DNA of 60,366 nt, counting the filler. It is 3 parts of 3 records of this genome, joined end to end, with 100 filler letters (N's around TTAATTAATTAA, not from the genome) between each part and the next. Parts side by side here need not be neighbours in the genome. Positions count along the whole stretch, not along the records: positions 1 to 19,076 come from SRR22947725_217; 2 more parts are not named here. One strand, given 5' to 3'. The notes under the pieces were generated by a model. That model did no database searches, was not told where the DNA came from, and saw only the letters and a program-made list of their open reading frames with translations. Shown piece after piece: positions 1 through 10,402 of the stretch (position 1 is its first letter; every line of letters starts with the position of its first letter). The translations under genes and the position numbers were made by a program.

Positions 1-1
1 T

Positions 2-997
2 CAATGTAGGGTTAAAATTCATTCTGGTGGTGGGGCTATACTTCCTACCGAACAAGGTCATATTAATAAAAGGGAAGCATCTTGCGGTGACAGATTATCT
101 TGTCAGGTTGCTGTTAAACAAGATATGGAAATTGAGGTGCCTGAAGAAGTTTTTGGCGTTAAAAAATGGAGATGTAAGGTTCGAAGTAATGACAACGTTG
201 CAACTTTTATTAAAGAATTAATACTTGAATTACCTGAAGGTGAAGATGTGAATTTTCGTGCAGGTGGTTATATACAAATAGAAGCTCCTAAATATTCTTT
301 ATCTTATAAAGATTACGAAGTAGGTAAAGAATATCACGAAGATTGGGATAGGTTTAAAATTTGGGACTTTAACGCTGAAAGTGATGAACCCATTGAAAGA
401 GCTTATTCTATGGCTAATTGTCCAGCTGAAAAAGGCATAGTTATGTTGAATGTTCGAATAGCTTCTCCTCCTCCAGGTTCAACAGGAATTCCAGCAGGTA
501 AAATGTCCTCTTATATATTTAATTTAAAAAAAGGTGATGAAGTTGTTATTTCAGGTCCTTTTGGTGAATTTTATGCTAGGGACACAGATAAAGAAATGGT
601 TTTTATAGGTGGTGGAGCAGGCATGGCTCCTATGAGAAGTCATCTTTTCGATCAGTTTAATAGAATTAAAACAGATCGTAAAGTTTCATTTTGGTATGGA
701 GCAAGGTCTAAGAAAGAAATGTTTTACGTTGAAGACTTTGATAAGTTAGCAGCTGAAAATAAAAATTTTACGTGGCATGTTGGTTTGTCTGACGCCATGC
801 CTGAAGATAAATGGACCGGTCACAAAGGATTTATCCATAATATACTTTTTGAACAATATTTAAAAGATCACCCAGCTCCTGAGGATTGTGAATATTACAT
901 GTGTGGTCCACCTATGATGAACCAATCTGTTATTAATATGTTATTGGATCTTGGGGTTGATAAAGATGACATCATGCTAGATGATTTTGGTGGATAG
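2..997 (+). CDS. nqrF: Na+-translocating NADH:quinone oxidoreductase subunit F (5'-truncated at window edge)
   Basis: Frame is open from base 2 ([17 protein letters not shown]...RLSCQV, end of 2Fe-2S domain) into ORF 125..997; [40 protein letters not shown] and C-terminal LDDFGG are NqrF hallmarks. Confidence 0.96.
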   Translation, partial: QCRVKIHSGGGAILPTEQGHINKREASCGDRLSCQVAVKQDMEIEVPEEVFGVKKWRCKVRSNDNVATFIKELILELPEGEDVNFRAGGYIQIEAPKYSLSYKDYEVGKEYHEDWDRFKIWDFNAESDEPIERAYSMANCPAEKGIVMLNVRIASPPPGSTGIPAGKMSSYIFNLKKGDEVVISGPFGEFYARDTDKEMVFIGGGAGMAPMRSHLFDQFNRIKTDRKVSFWYGARSKKEMFYVEDFDKLAAENKNFTWHVGLSDAMPEDKWTGHKGFIHNILFEQYLKDHPAPEDCEYYMCGPPMMNQSVINMLLDLGVDKDDIMLDDFGG

Positions 998-1138
998 TTT
1001 ATTAATTTTAATAAATTATTTTTGTTTCACTTTATCTTTCAATATGCATAATGGTTAATATAAAATATTAGTTGTTTTGGATTTTATTTTTGTTACTTTT
1101 AAAAATTATTTATAAAAGTTTTAAGTAGATAAACTCAT

Positions 1139-2827
1139 ATGGAAATTTTTATTTTTATATTTCCTTTACTTAGTTTGTTAATTTCATTGTTACCATTTTC
1201 TAGTAATCACTTAAATATTGCATTTATTATAAATTGTTTTTGTATGATTTTTTCTTTTTGTTTAAGTGTTTTTCTTTTTATTAAATTATTTCAATTAAAC
1301 AACGATATTCCATTATATTTTTATCCCTTGATTGAATTTAATAAAGATTTTGTAGCATGGTCATTAAGATTAGATATATATGTGTCAACATTTGTATGCA
1401 TAGTAACATTTGTGTCTTCATTAGTGACTATATACTCAATTAATTTTTTTAAAGAACAGTATTTAAATTTAAAGTTAATAAGAAATGTTTCTTTGTTAAC
1501 AATTGGAATGTTAACTATAATTTCTTCAAACAACTTAATTCAATTTTTCATTGCGTGGCAAATAATTTTATTTTCTTTTTTTCTTCTTGTTAATCGTAAA
1601 AATGCGGACGAAACTTATATAAACAGTAGTAAAATTTTTTTACACAATCGTATTTCTGATTTAGCGTTTTTTTTTAGTGTCTATCTACTTTATAAACTAA
1701 ATAATTCTATTTATTTTGAAATTATTTTTGAAAATAATAACTTTGTTAACAATAATATTTTATTTTGGGGCATTACTATAAATAGGGCTGAATTAGCTGT
1801 GTTCCTTTTATTTTTTTCATGTTTATTAAGATTTAGACAGTTTTTTATCTCAAATTGTCTATATGACATTAAAAATTTAAATATACCTACACTTACCTTG
1901 ATTTTTTGTTCTGCATTACTTCCATTAATTATCTTTTATACATTTAGATTTTTTCCTTTAATTTTTTCTACTCCTAATTTTTTAAATACAATGATTCCTT
2001 TAAGTCTTTGTTTAATTTTCATTTTAATTTATTTATCATTTAACACATCAAACATTAAATATGTAATTTCTTACTTAGCTTTTTCTCAAGCATCTATAAT
2101 ATTTTATATTTTTTCAATCAAAGAATATCATGCTGCAATGTTTTATTATATTACCTTTTCTTTATCTACAACAATGCTTTATTTGTGTTTAGGCTATGTT
2201 ATGACAAAGATGAACAATGTTTCTAATGTTAAAGCAATGGGTGGTCTTGCCTTTAAAATGCCCTCTATGTTTTTATTCACCTTAATTGCATTTTTTTCGA
2301 CGTCTGGGGTTCCTTTTTTTTCAGGGTTTTATTCTCATGAAGTCATTATTTCAACTTTGTATTCTTCGGAGCAAGCTATTTTAGTTCCTTCTATGTTAAT
2401 GGGTATGAGTGCTTCTTTTTTGATTTCTTATGTTTTATTAAAAAATATAATATTGATATTTTTAGGAAAGAATAAGGGTAATATTCATGAATTTAATAAA
2501 ATCAATGAAAACTCATCTACAAACAAACTCATATTTTTTTGTTTGGGTTTATGTTTAGTTTTTGCTGGCTGGTTAACAAAAAACTTGTTTGACGGTATAA
2601 ATGCAGAACATTTATGGAATTCATTAATATATAATGATATTGATCTTTATACTAATTCCATTTTAAATTTGTCTGATAAAGTTAAATATTTTTTAACGTT
2701 TTTTAGTCTTTTAGGAATGTTTTTGGCTGTTGTAAATTATTTAATAATGCCATTTATATTGAATAATTATAAACTAAAATACTATAGAATATTTATTTTA
2801 TATAACAAATATTTTCTACGTTTTTAA
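1139..2827 (+). CDS. Divergent NuoL/ND5-like antiporter-family membrane protein (orphan, key charged residues substituted)
   Basis: Very hydrophobic 562 aa; NuoL-like segments WSLRLD, NRISD, IKYVISYLAFSQ, AAMF, MGGL, GVPFFSGFYS; directly upstream of birA, where the nuo operon normally ends. Confidence 0.8.
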   Translation: MEIFIFIFPLLSLLISLLPFSSNHLNIAFIINCFCMIFSFCLSVFLFIKLFQLNNDIPLYFYPLIEFNKDFVAWSLRLDIYVSTFVCIVTFVSSLVTIYSINFFKEQYLNLKLIRNVSLLTIGMLTIISSNNLIQFFIAWQIILFSFFLLVNRKNADETYINSSKIFLHNRISDLAFFFSVYLLYKLNNSIYFEIIFENNNFVNNNILFWGITINRAELAVFLLFFSCLLRFRQFFISNCLYDIKNLNIPTLTLIFCSALLPLIIFYTFRFFPLIFSTPNFLNTMIPLSLCLIFILIYLSFNTSNIKYVISYLAFSQASIIFYIFSIKEYHAAMFYYITFSLSTTMLYLCLGYVMTKMNNVSNVKAMGGLAFKMPSMFLFTLIAFFSTSGVPFFSGFYSHEVIISTLYSSEQAILVPSMLMGMSASFLISYVLLKNIILIFLGKNKGNIHEFNKINENSSTNKLIFFCLGLCLVFAGWLTKNLFDGINAEHLWNSLIYNDIDLYTNSILNLSDKVKYFLTFFSLLGMFLAVVNYLIMPFILNNYKLKYYRIFILYNKYFLRF

Positions 2828-2863
2828 ATGTGTTAAATCTTTTTTTAAATTACAGGATTTATT

Positions 2864-3589
2864 TTGTTAAATATTAACTTAAAGATATTAAATGTTTGTA
2901 CTAGCACTAATGATATTGCTTTCAATGCCGCTTTAAGTGGTGAAGTTGAAGGAACCTCTTATTTAGCTCATACACAAACTGAAGGAAGAGGAAGAAATCA
3001 AAACAAATGGACTTCTTCAAAAGGAAATTTATTCTTATCAACAATTATTAAGCCAAAAAGTGATAAATCTTTGTGGCATCAATTATCAGTGATAGTTGGT
3101 TTTTCAATAGTTCAAGTATTAGTTGACTTAGGAGTAAATAGTAATTTAATTGATCTAAAGTGGCCCAATGATGTATTAGTAGACAACAAGAAAATTTCTG
3201 GTGTTTTGTTAGAGTCTTCTGATAATTTTATAATAGTTGGTATAGGTTTAAATATTTTAAAAACTCCTATTCTTGAAACAAAGTGGGGTACTACAAAGTT
3301 AAAGGATCATTTAAAAGGTTCCATTAATATTAAAAATATAGGCTTAAAAATATTGAACAAAGTATTTTACAATTATTATTCTTGGGAAAAATTTGGTTTT
3401 GTCTTCTTTAAAGAAGACATTAATAAAAAAATGTTCAACATAAATAAAAACATAATTATAAACGTTAACTCAAAATCCAATCTTTTAAATGGTGTTTTTT
3501 TAGGTATAGGAGACAGTGGTGGTATTAAAGTAAAAACTAATTCAAAAATTACAGAATATTTATCTGTTGAGAATTTCACTTTTGTTTAG
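2864..3589 (+). CDS. birA: Biotin--[acetyl-CoA carboxylase] ligase, no N-terminal HTH
   Basis: STND, QTEGRGR, LKWPNDV, KKISGVL, VGIGLN motifs. Confidence 0.93.
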   Translation: MLNINLKILNVCTSTNDIAFNAALSGEVEGTSYLAHTQTEGRGRNQNKWTSSKGNLFLSTIIKPKSDKSLWHQLSVIVGFSIVQVLVDLGVNSNLIDLKWPNDVLVDNKKISGVLLESSDNFIIVGIGLNILKTPILETKWGTTKLKDHLKGSINIKNIGLKILNKVFYNYYSWEKFGFVFFKEDINKKMFNINKNIIINVNSKSNLLNGVFLGIGDSGGIKVKTNSKITEYLSVENFTFV

Positions 3590-3601
3590 ATTGGTCTTGT
3601 A

Positions 3602-4405
3602 ATGATTTTAGTTGTTGATTGTGGTAATACTAATACTGTTTTTGCTTTATACTCTTATGATAAAAGTATTAATAAAATAGCTTGTTGGAGAATACATAAT
3701 AATTCTAAGAGAACAGCTGACAGTTATTATCCGTGGCTTTCACAAATGTTAACATTATCTGATGTTAAAATTGATGATATTACTGGAATTTGTATTGCAT
3801 CTGTGGTTAATGAAACTCTTTTTAACATTAAAATATTTATCAAAAAATATTTCAAAATTAACCCATTGGTAATTGATAATGATATTTTAGGGTTAGGCTT
3901 AAAAGTAAACATTGATAACCCTGAAGAAGCAGGTGCTGACCGTTTGGTTAACTCATTTGCTATAAAATGTCTTAATTTATCTCCAGCTATAGTAATTGAT
4001 TTTGGAACTGCCACAACTTTTGATTTGGTTGGAATTGATGGAAGTTATAATGGCGGCATTATAGCTCCCGGTGTTAATTTATCACTAGAAGCTTTGTACT
4101 TGGCTGCTGCTAGGTTACCTAGAGTTGCCTTAAAACCTTTGTCTAATAAAAAGTCAATTATTGGAAAAAATACTGTCAATGCAATGGAATCAGGTATTTA
4201 TTGGGGTTATGTATCGATGATTGAAGGTCTTATAAATAAAATTAAAATTTTAGATGAATACAAAAACTATAAAGTTGTAGCAACTGGTGGTTTGAGTAAT
4301 TTATTTAAAAAATCATTGTGTTGTATTGATCATATTGAAGAAGATTTAACCTTAATTGGCTTAGTTAATTTATATTTACATAATTTCAATAATTTAAAAA
4401 AATAA
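3602..4405 (+). CDS. coaX: Type III pantothenate kinase
   Basis: VDCGNTN, GADR, IDFGTATTFD, GGIIAPG, ATGG motifs. Confidence 0.95.
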   Translation: MILVVDCGNTNTVFALYSYDKSINKIACWRIHNNSKRTADSYYPWLSQMLTLSDVKIDDITGICIASVVNETLFNIKIFIKKYFKINPLVIDNDILGLGLKVNIDNPEEAGADRLVNSFAIKCLNLSPAIVIDFGTATTFDLVGIDGSYNGGIIAPGVNLSLEALYLAAARLPRVALKPLSNKKSIIGKNTVNAMESGIYWGYVSMIEGLINKIKILDEYKNYKVVATGGLSNLFKKSLCCIDHIEEDLTLIGLVNLYLHNFNNLKK

Positions 4406-4421
4406 GATAAAAGGGTTTTAA

Positions 4422-6077
4422 ATGAGTTGGGTTAATTCAGATTTGTTATTTCTACCTGTTGGTGGCTCTGAGGAAATTGGAATGAATGCAAATTTGTATC
4501 ATTATCAAGATAAATGGATTTTAGTTGATTTAGGAATATCATTTCCTGATGAAACTGATTTAGGTATTGATGTGTTACTGCCTGATTTTGATTTTATTCA
4601 GTCTTTAGGTGATAAGTTTTTAGGTATTTTGTTAACTCATGGTCATGAAGACCATATAGGAGCAATACCTTATTTTGCTGATAAAATTAATTGCCCCATA
4701 TGGGGGACTGCTTTTACAATTGCTTTACTTAAGAGAAAATTAAGAGAAAGTAATAATAATACAAAACTAGTTCTGAATGTCCTTTCTATAGGTGAAAAGC
4801 TAAAACTAGGTGATTTTATAATTGACACTATTCAAACATCTCATTCAATTCCAGATCCAGTATCATTTTTAATATCAACTAAAGAAGGAAATATTTTTCA
4901 TTCAGGTGATTGGAAATTAGAACAAGCAAAAAATTTAAATGAAAATTTTGATTTTGATACTTATCGTTCATTAGGGAATAATGGTGTTTTAGCAATGATT
5001 TGTGATTCAACCAATTCTTTAGTTAAAGGAAAAACGCCTTCCGAAGATTTTGCTTATGAAGGTTTGTACAAAGTAGTTAAAGATAAACTAGGCGCTGTCC
5101 TTATTACATGCTTTTCTTCAAATATTAGTAGAGTTAAATCGATTTTAGATATAGCTTTAAAGACAGATCGTTCAATTTTAGTCATAGGCAGATCTTTACT
5201 TAGAGCTATAGACGCTGCTAAAGAGGTTGGTTACTTAAAACATGTTCCAGATTTTTTGACTTTAAAAGATTTTAACGTGATTTCTCGGTCTAACGTTTTA
5301 GTAATTGCTACTGGTTCTCAAGGTGAACCAAATTCAGCATTGTCAAGAATCTCTAGAAATACTGACAAATTTGTCAATTTAATAAAAGGGGATACTATAA
5401 TTTTTTCAAGTAGAAAGATTCCTGGCAACGAGAATGCTATATTAAAGGTACAGAATAGATTTCTTGATAACGGCGTAGAATTAATTACAGATGAAGATGC
5501 AGATATCCATGTATCTGGTCATCCATCTCGAGATGAGCTAATAGAAATGTATTCTTTTATAAAGCCTAAAATTTCAATACCTGTTCATGGCACAAGAGAA
5601 CATATTGAAGCACATGCTAAATTAGCTAATGATTGTCAAGTTCCTAATGTAATTAAACCAAAAAATGGAGATATTATAAAATTAAATGGTTTATCTCCGA
5701 CCGTTTTAGATACAAAAAAATTCATAACAAATGTTTTTGATGGTGGTGATGTAGTTCCTATTGATAATGATAGGTTTGTGTCCAGAAGACATACACTATG
5801 GAATGGCTTTGTTCATATCTCAATTGTAATTGATATGGATGGATACATAATTTCACCTCCACAAATAACACAGACAGGAGTGTCTGATAGAAATAATATA
5901 GAAGATTTTTTATTAGACTGTTCTTTAAAAATTGAAACTATTTTTAATAACGATAATTTTCAAAACAAAGATTCTGATGAGGAAATTTGTGATTATATCA
6001 AAAAAAATATTAGAAAAGATTTTAAGGCATTATTCCATAAAAGACCTTCAATGAATGTGCATTTAATTAGGGTTTAA
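4422..6077 (+). CDS. rnj: Ribonuclease J
   Basis: GGSEEIGMN, LTHGHEDHIG, HSIPD, GSQGEP, HVSGH, PVHG. Confidence 0.95.
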   Translation: MSWVNSDLLFLPVGGSEEIGMNANLYHYQDKWILVDLGISFPDETDLGIDVLLPDFDFIQSLGDKFLGILLTHGHEDHIGAIPYFADKINCPIWGTAFTIALLKRKLRESNNNTKLVLNVLSIGEKLKLGDFIIDTIQTSHSIPDPVSFLISTKEGNIFHSGDWKLEQAKNLNENFDFDTYRSLGNNGVLAMICDSTNSLVKGKTPSEDFAYEGLYKVVKDKLGAVLITCFSSNISRVKSILDIALKTDRSILVIGRSLLRAIDAAKEVGYLKHVPDFLTLKDFNVISRSNVLVIATGSQGEPNSALSRISRNTDKFVNLIKGDTIIFSSRKIPGNENAILKVQNRFLDNGVELITDEDADIHVSGHPSRDELIEMYSFIKPKISIPVHGTREHIEAHAKLANDCQVPNVIKPKNGDIIKLNGLSPTVLDTKKFITNVFDGGDVVPIDNDRFVSRRHTLWNGFVHISIVIDMDGYIISPPQITQTGVSDRNNIEDFLLDCSLKIETIFNNDNFQNKDSDEEICDYIKKNIRKDFKALFHKRPSMNVHLIRV

Positions 6078-6086
6078 GGAGATTAA

Positions 6087-6329
6087 ATGAGCTTAGTATC
6101 AATTTTTTTAGTATACTTAATGGTATGGATGATTGTATTTTTCATGTCTTTACCAATAGGAATAAATGTTTCTAGAAATTTAGAATTAGGTAACGCAAAT
6201 TCAGCTCCAACCAAGACACATTTAAAACTTAAAGTCTTACTTTGTACTATAGTTTCATTATTTCCAACATACTTAATATATTGGTTAGTTAAAACTGAAT
6301 ATTTATTTCTTATCATTCAAAATTTTTAA
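6087..6329 (+). CDS. DUF1467-family small membrane protein
   Basis: Y..WMIVFFMSLPIGI and GNANSAP motif; usual position after rnj; AGGAG RBS. Confidence 0.8.
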   Translation: MSLVSIFLVYLMVWMIVFFMSLPIGINVSRNLELGNANSAPTKTHLKLKVLLCTIVSLFPTYLIYWLVKTEYLFLIIQNF

Positions 6330-6431
6330 TTGCGGCTACTCTTAAACTTTATTTTTAATTTTGAAATTGAATTTTCTAACTTTCTGAGGTAGTTAATTTA
6401 TATAATCTTTTCTAGGCATGGTTTTATTAAT

Positions 6432-6860
6432 ATGAATAAAATAATATTTTTAGCTTCTGATCATGGTGGATTTTCTCTAAAAGAAACTATAAAAAAATAC
6501 TTGATTAATAATAAGATAAAAATTGAGGATTTAGGTTGTTCTTCTCTAGATGCTGTAGATTATCCCGATTACGCTAAATTGTTAGCAAGTAAAATAGAAA
6601 ATAATAATAATTCATTTGGGTTGTTGTTTTGTGGAACTGGAATAGGAATTTCTATGGCAGCGAATAGATTTTCTCATGTTAGAGCAGCTTTATGCACTTC
6701 TGTTGAAATGGCTTCAAAGAGCAGAAAACATAATGATGCAAATGTGTTAGCTTTAGGTGGTAGAATTTTAACAGAAGAATTATCAAAAGAGATTGTTTTC
6801 GAATTTTTAAATACTAAATTTGAAAAGGGAAGACATTTATTAAGAGTTAAAAAAATTTAA
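6432..6860 (+). CDS. rpiB: Ribose-5-phosphate isomerase B
   Basis: ASDHGG, DYPD, CGTGIG, HNDANVL, GRH. Confidence 0.96.
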   Translation: MNKIIFLASDHGGFSLKETIKKYLINNKIKIEDLGCSSLDAVDYPDYAKLLASKIENNNNSFGLLFCGTGIGISMAANRFSHVRAALCTSVEMASKSRKHNDANVLALGGRILTEELSKEIVFEFLNTKFEKGRHLLRVKKI

Positions 6861-6887
6861 ACAGAAAATACAAGTAGGGAATTTAAA

Positions 6888-8159
6888 ATGTTTTATAAAG
6901 AAGGCTTTTTTAACAAGGATATAAATAATTATGATGCCAGTTTATCAGAAATGTTAGATAAGGAACTTTATAGACAACAAAACCAAATTGAATTAATAGC
7001 ATCTGAAAATATTGTATCCAAGTCTGTATTACAAGCTCAAGGATCTGTTCTTACAAATAAATATGCAGAAGGCTATCCAGGAAAAAGGTATTATGGTGGG
7101 TGTGAATTTGTCGATGAAGTTGAACAACTTGCAATTGATAGAGCAAAAAAATTATTTAATGCAAATTTTGTTAATGTTCAACCACACTCAGGTGCTCAAG
7201 CAAATCAAGCTGTTTTTCTGGGTATTTTAAAACCAGGCGACACAATTCTTGGTATGAGTTTAGCAGCAGGTGGCCATTTAACTCATGGTGCCAAACCTAA
7301 TTTATCTGGAAAATGGTTTAACTCCATTCAATATGGTGTAAGAAAAGAAGATTCTCTTATAGATTTTGATGAAATTGAAAGATTATCTATTGAATATAAA
7401 CCAAAATTAATAATTGCTGGTGGATCCGCATATTCAAGAATAATAGATTTCCAAAAATTCAGAGAAATTGCTAATAAAATAAATGCGTATTTGCTTGTTG
7501 ATATGGCTCATTTTTCTGGTTTGGTTGCGGGTGGTGCTCATCCTAATCCGATTGAATTTGCAGATATAGTTACTACAACAACTCATAAAACTCTTAGATC
7601 TGGAAGAGGTGGTATGATTTTAACAAACAATTCTGATTTAATGAAAAAAATTAATTCAGCTGTATTTCCTGGACTTCAAGGTGGTCCACTTATGCATGTT
7701 ATTGCAGGAAAAGCTGCTGGTTTTGGTGAAGCTCTTTCAGATGAATTTAAGCTTTATGCAAAAAACATTGTTCTTAACGCTCAATGTCTATCAAACACCT
7801 TAATTGAAAGAGGGTATAAAATAGTTTCTGGAGGGACGGATAATCATATAGTTCTTTTAAGTTTACAAGATAAAAATATAACAGGAGCATCTGCTGAAGT
7901 GGCTTTAGAAAACTCTGGTTTAACTTGTAATAAAAATGGTGTTCCTTTTGATCCACTTCCACCAACTATTACTTCAGGCATTAGATTTGGTTCAGCAGCT
8001 GCTACTACAAGGGGTTTTAAAACAAATGAATTTAAGATGGTTGGAAATTTTATTGCTGACGTTTTAGATCATTTTGATAACAATATTTCTAATTCAGAAC
8101 AGGAAAAAATAATATCAGATAAAGTCAAAATTTTGTGTGATAAATTTCCAATTTATTAA
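6888..8159 (+). CDS. glyA: Serine hydroxymethyltransferase
   Basis: [39 protein letters not shown]. Confidence 0.98.
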   Translation: MFYKEGFFNKDINNYDASLSEMLDKELYRQQNQIELIASENIVSKSVLQAQGSVLTNKYAEGYPGKRYYGGCEFVDEVEQLAIDRAKKLFNANFVNVQPHSGAQANQAVFLGILKPGDTILGMSLAAGGHLTHGAKPNLSGKWFNSIQYGVRKEDSLIDFDEIERLSIEYKPKLIIAGGSAYSRIIDFQKFREIANKINAYLLVDMAHFSGLVAGGAHPNPIEFADIVTTTTHKTLRSGRGGMILTNNSDLMKKINSAVFPGLQGGPLMHVIAGKAAGFGEALSDEFKLYAKNIVLNAQCLSNTLIERGYKIVSGGTDNHIVLLSLQDKNITGASAEVALENSGLTCNKNGVPFDPLPPTITSGIRFGSAAATTRGFKTNEFKMVGNFIADVLDHFDNNISNSEQEKIISDKVKILCDKFPIY

Positions 8160-8173
8160 TTTAGGAGATTAGA

Positions 8174-8626
8174 ATGAGATGCCCTTTTTGTGGTGAAGAA
8201 GATACTCAAGTAAAGGATTCAAGAGCTAGTGAAGATGGAGCTACAATAAGAAGAAGAAGGCTCTGTTCTAGCTGTGGTTCAAGGTTTACAACCTTTGAAA
8301 GAATTCAACTGAGAGACTTGATTGTAATTAAAAGAAATGGCAAAAAAAATCCATTTGATAGAGATAAGTTATCCAAATCTTTATTAATGGCACTAAGAAA
8401 ACGTCAAACTGATGATGACGCAATTGAAAGGGCTATAAATGGTATTGTAAGACAACTTGAGTCTAGAGGTGATAATGATATTCACTCAAAGTTAATTGGA
8501 GAATTAGTCATGAATGCTTTAGCTCAAATTGATAATGTTGCTTATATTAGATATGCATCTGTTTACAGAAATTTTAGAGAAGCAAGTGATTTTGGTAAGT
8601 TTGTTGAAAAAGAAATTAAAGATTAA
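8174..8626 (+). CDS. nrdR: Transcriptional repressor NrdR
   Basis: MRCPFC, VKDSR, RRRRLC..C..RFTTFE, ATP cone, AYIRYASVY. Confidence 0.97.
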   Translation: MRCPFCGEEDTQVKDSRASEDGATIRRRRLCSSCGSRFTTFERIQLRDLIVIKRNGKKNPFDRDKLSKSLLMALRKRQTDDDAIERAINGIVRQLESRGDNDIHSKLIGELVMNALAQIDNVAYIRYASVYRNFREASDFGKFVEKEIKD

Positions 8627-8650
8627 ATTGATTTAGAATGATATGTCACT

Positions 8651-9757
8651 GTGAATCACAATAAATGGATGAAATATGCTATACTTGAAGCATTAAGATC
8701 TAAAGGGTCTACGGGAATGAATCCACCTGTAGGTTGCGTAATAGTCAAAAATGAACATATAATTTCTTCTGGAAGAACATCACCAGGAGGTCGGCCACAT
8801 GCTGAAGAAAACGCAATAAATAATGTTAAAAACAAAAAAAAATTAGTTGGTTCAACCATATATTTAACCCTTGAGCCGTGTGCTCACAAAAATAAAAATG
8901 GATTGTCATGTGCAGAACTGATCTGTACAACAGGTATTACTGAGGCTTATATTAGTTGTATTGATATGGACTCAAGAACTTTTAACAAAGGTATAAAAAT
9001 TCTCAAAAATAATAATATAAAAGTAATAGAGAATTTTATGAAAGATGAAAGTATATCGTTATATAATGGTTTTTTTTCAAGGTTAATATATAAAAAACCT
9101 TATATTACACTTAAAGTAGCTTGTTCATTAGATGGAAAAATAGCTTTAAAAAATAATAGGTCAAAATGGATAACAAATGGTCTAAGTCGCGCATATGTTC
9201 ATTTTATTAGATCACAAAATGATGCAATTTTGACTTCTAGTTCTACAATTATTTCTGACGATCCTTTAATGGATTGCAGATTAAAAGGACTAGAATATAG
9301 GAGCCCATTAAGAGTTATATTAGATAGATATTTAAAAGTATCAAAAAACCATAAAATATATAATGAATCACCTTATTCAGATATAGTTCTTTTTTCTGTA
9401 TCAAACATGAACAAACATCTAGATGAAAAAGAATTTGTATCAAAGATAAAATTAGAAGATAACATTTCTAATTTAGATTATTTTAATATTATCTTCAAAG
9501 ATTTAGCAAATAGAGGAATTAACAATTTATTAATTGAATGTGGTTCTAAACTGAATACAATTTTATTGTCATTGAATTTAATAGACCAATTACTTATATT
9601 TAGATCAGGTCATATTATTGGTAACGATGGCATTCCATTTGTAAATGAATTAAATTCTTTGGAAATGGAAAATCTCAATAATTATAAAATTTTATCAACA
9701 AGAACTTTTGGTAATGATGTATTAGAAATCAGAAAACTATCAAATGAAAGTCATTGA
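8651..9757 (+). CDS. ribD: Bifunctional pyrimidine deaminase/reductase
   Basis: NPPVGC, HAE, TLEPC, SLDGKIA, SKWIT; rib cluster context. Confidence 0.95.
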   Translation: MNHNKWMKYAILEALRSKGSTGMNPPVGCVIVKNEHIISSGRTSPGGRPHAEENAINNVKNKKKLVGSTIYLTLEPCAHKNKNGLSCAELICTTGITEAYISCIDMDSRTFNKGIKILKNNNIKVIENFMKDESISLYNGFFSRLIYKKPYITLKVACSLDGKIALKNNRSKWITNGLSRAYVHFIRSQNDAILTSSSTIISDDPLMDCRLKGLEYRSPLRVILDRYLKVSKNHKIYNESPYSDIVLFSVSNMNKHLDEKEFVSKIKLEDNISNLDYFNIIFKDLANRGINNLLIECGSKLNTILLSLNLIDQLLIFRSGHIIGNDGIPFVNELNSLEMENLNNYKILSTRTFGNDVLEIRKLSNESH

Positions 9758-10369
9758 ATGTTTACAGGAATTATCAGTCACATTGGGGAAATAAAGAGTA
9801 TAGACCATCCCGCCGATTGGGAGATATCTATTGAATTAAAAAATAATGATACTTCAAATCTTTCTATCAAAGAGCAAAAGTTAATAATTGGGACTTCTAT
9901 ATGTTGTTCAGGAATATGCTTAACATTAAAAAAAATATCTAATAATATTTTATTTTTTGACATTAGTAATGAGACGGCGTCAAAAACTAATTTTCTTGAT
10001 TGGAAAATTGGATCAATTCTTAATATTGAAAAATCACTTAAAGTGGGCGATGAGATAGGTGGGCATTTTGTTTATGGGCATGTCGACACAACGGCAAGTA
10101 TTCAATCAATACAACAAATTGAAGGCTCTTATAAAATTTCTTTTTTTATGGATAGTGATCATTTGAAATTTATAGCTTCTAAAGGTTCTGTTACTATTGA
10201 TGGGGTTTCATTGACAGTTAATGAAGTTGATTTAAATACTTTTAGTGTAAATATTATTCCTTTTACGTGGTCAAACACTAATTTTAAAAACTATGTTGTT
10301 AATACAAGTGTAAATATAGAAATAGATGTTTTAGCTAGATATTTAAATAGACTTAATGAAATTAAGTGA
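9758..10369 (+). CDS. ribE: Riboflavin synthase alpha chain
   Basis: MFTGII, GGHFVYGHVD, KGSVTIDGVSLTVN, VNIEID. Confidence 0.96.
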   Translation: MFTGIISHIGEIKSIDHPADWEISIELKNNDTSNLSIKEQKLIIGTSICCSGICLTLKKISNNILFFDISNETASKTNFLDWKIGSILNIEKSLKVGDEIGGHFVYGHVDTTASIQSIQQIEGSYKISFFMDSDHLKFIASKGSVTIDGVSLTVNEVDLNTFSVNIIPFTWSNTNFKNYVVNTSVNIEIDVLARYLNRLNEIK

Positions 10370-10402
10370 AAATATATAATTTAGTAAAATTTTGGAGTTT
10401 TA

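Noticed and set aside
27-221. 64-aa ORF overlapping nqrF, and apparent nqrF start at 125
   Set aside because: Off-frame shadow; the nqrF frame is open from base 2, so the gene is edge-truncated, not frameshifted
998-1138. AT-only inverted repeats between nqrF and the NuoL-like gene
   Set aside because: Expected by chance at this AT content; no GC stem
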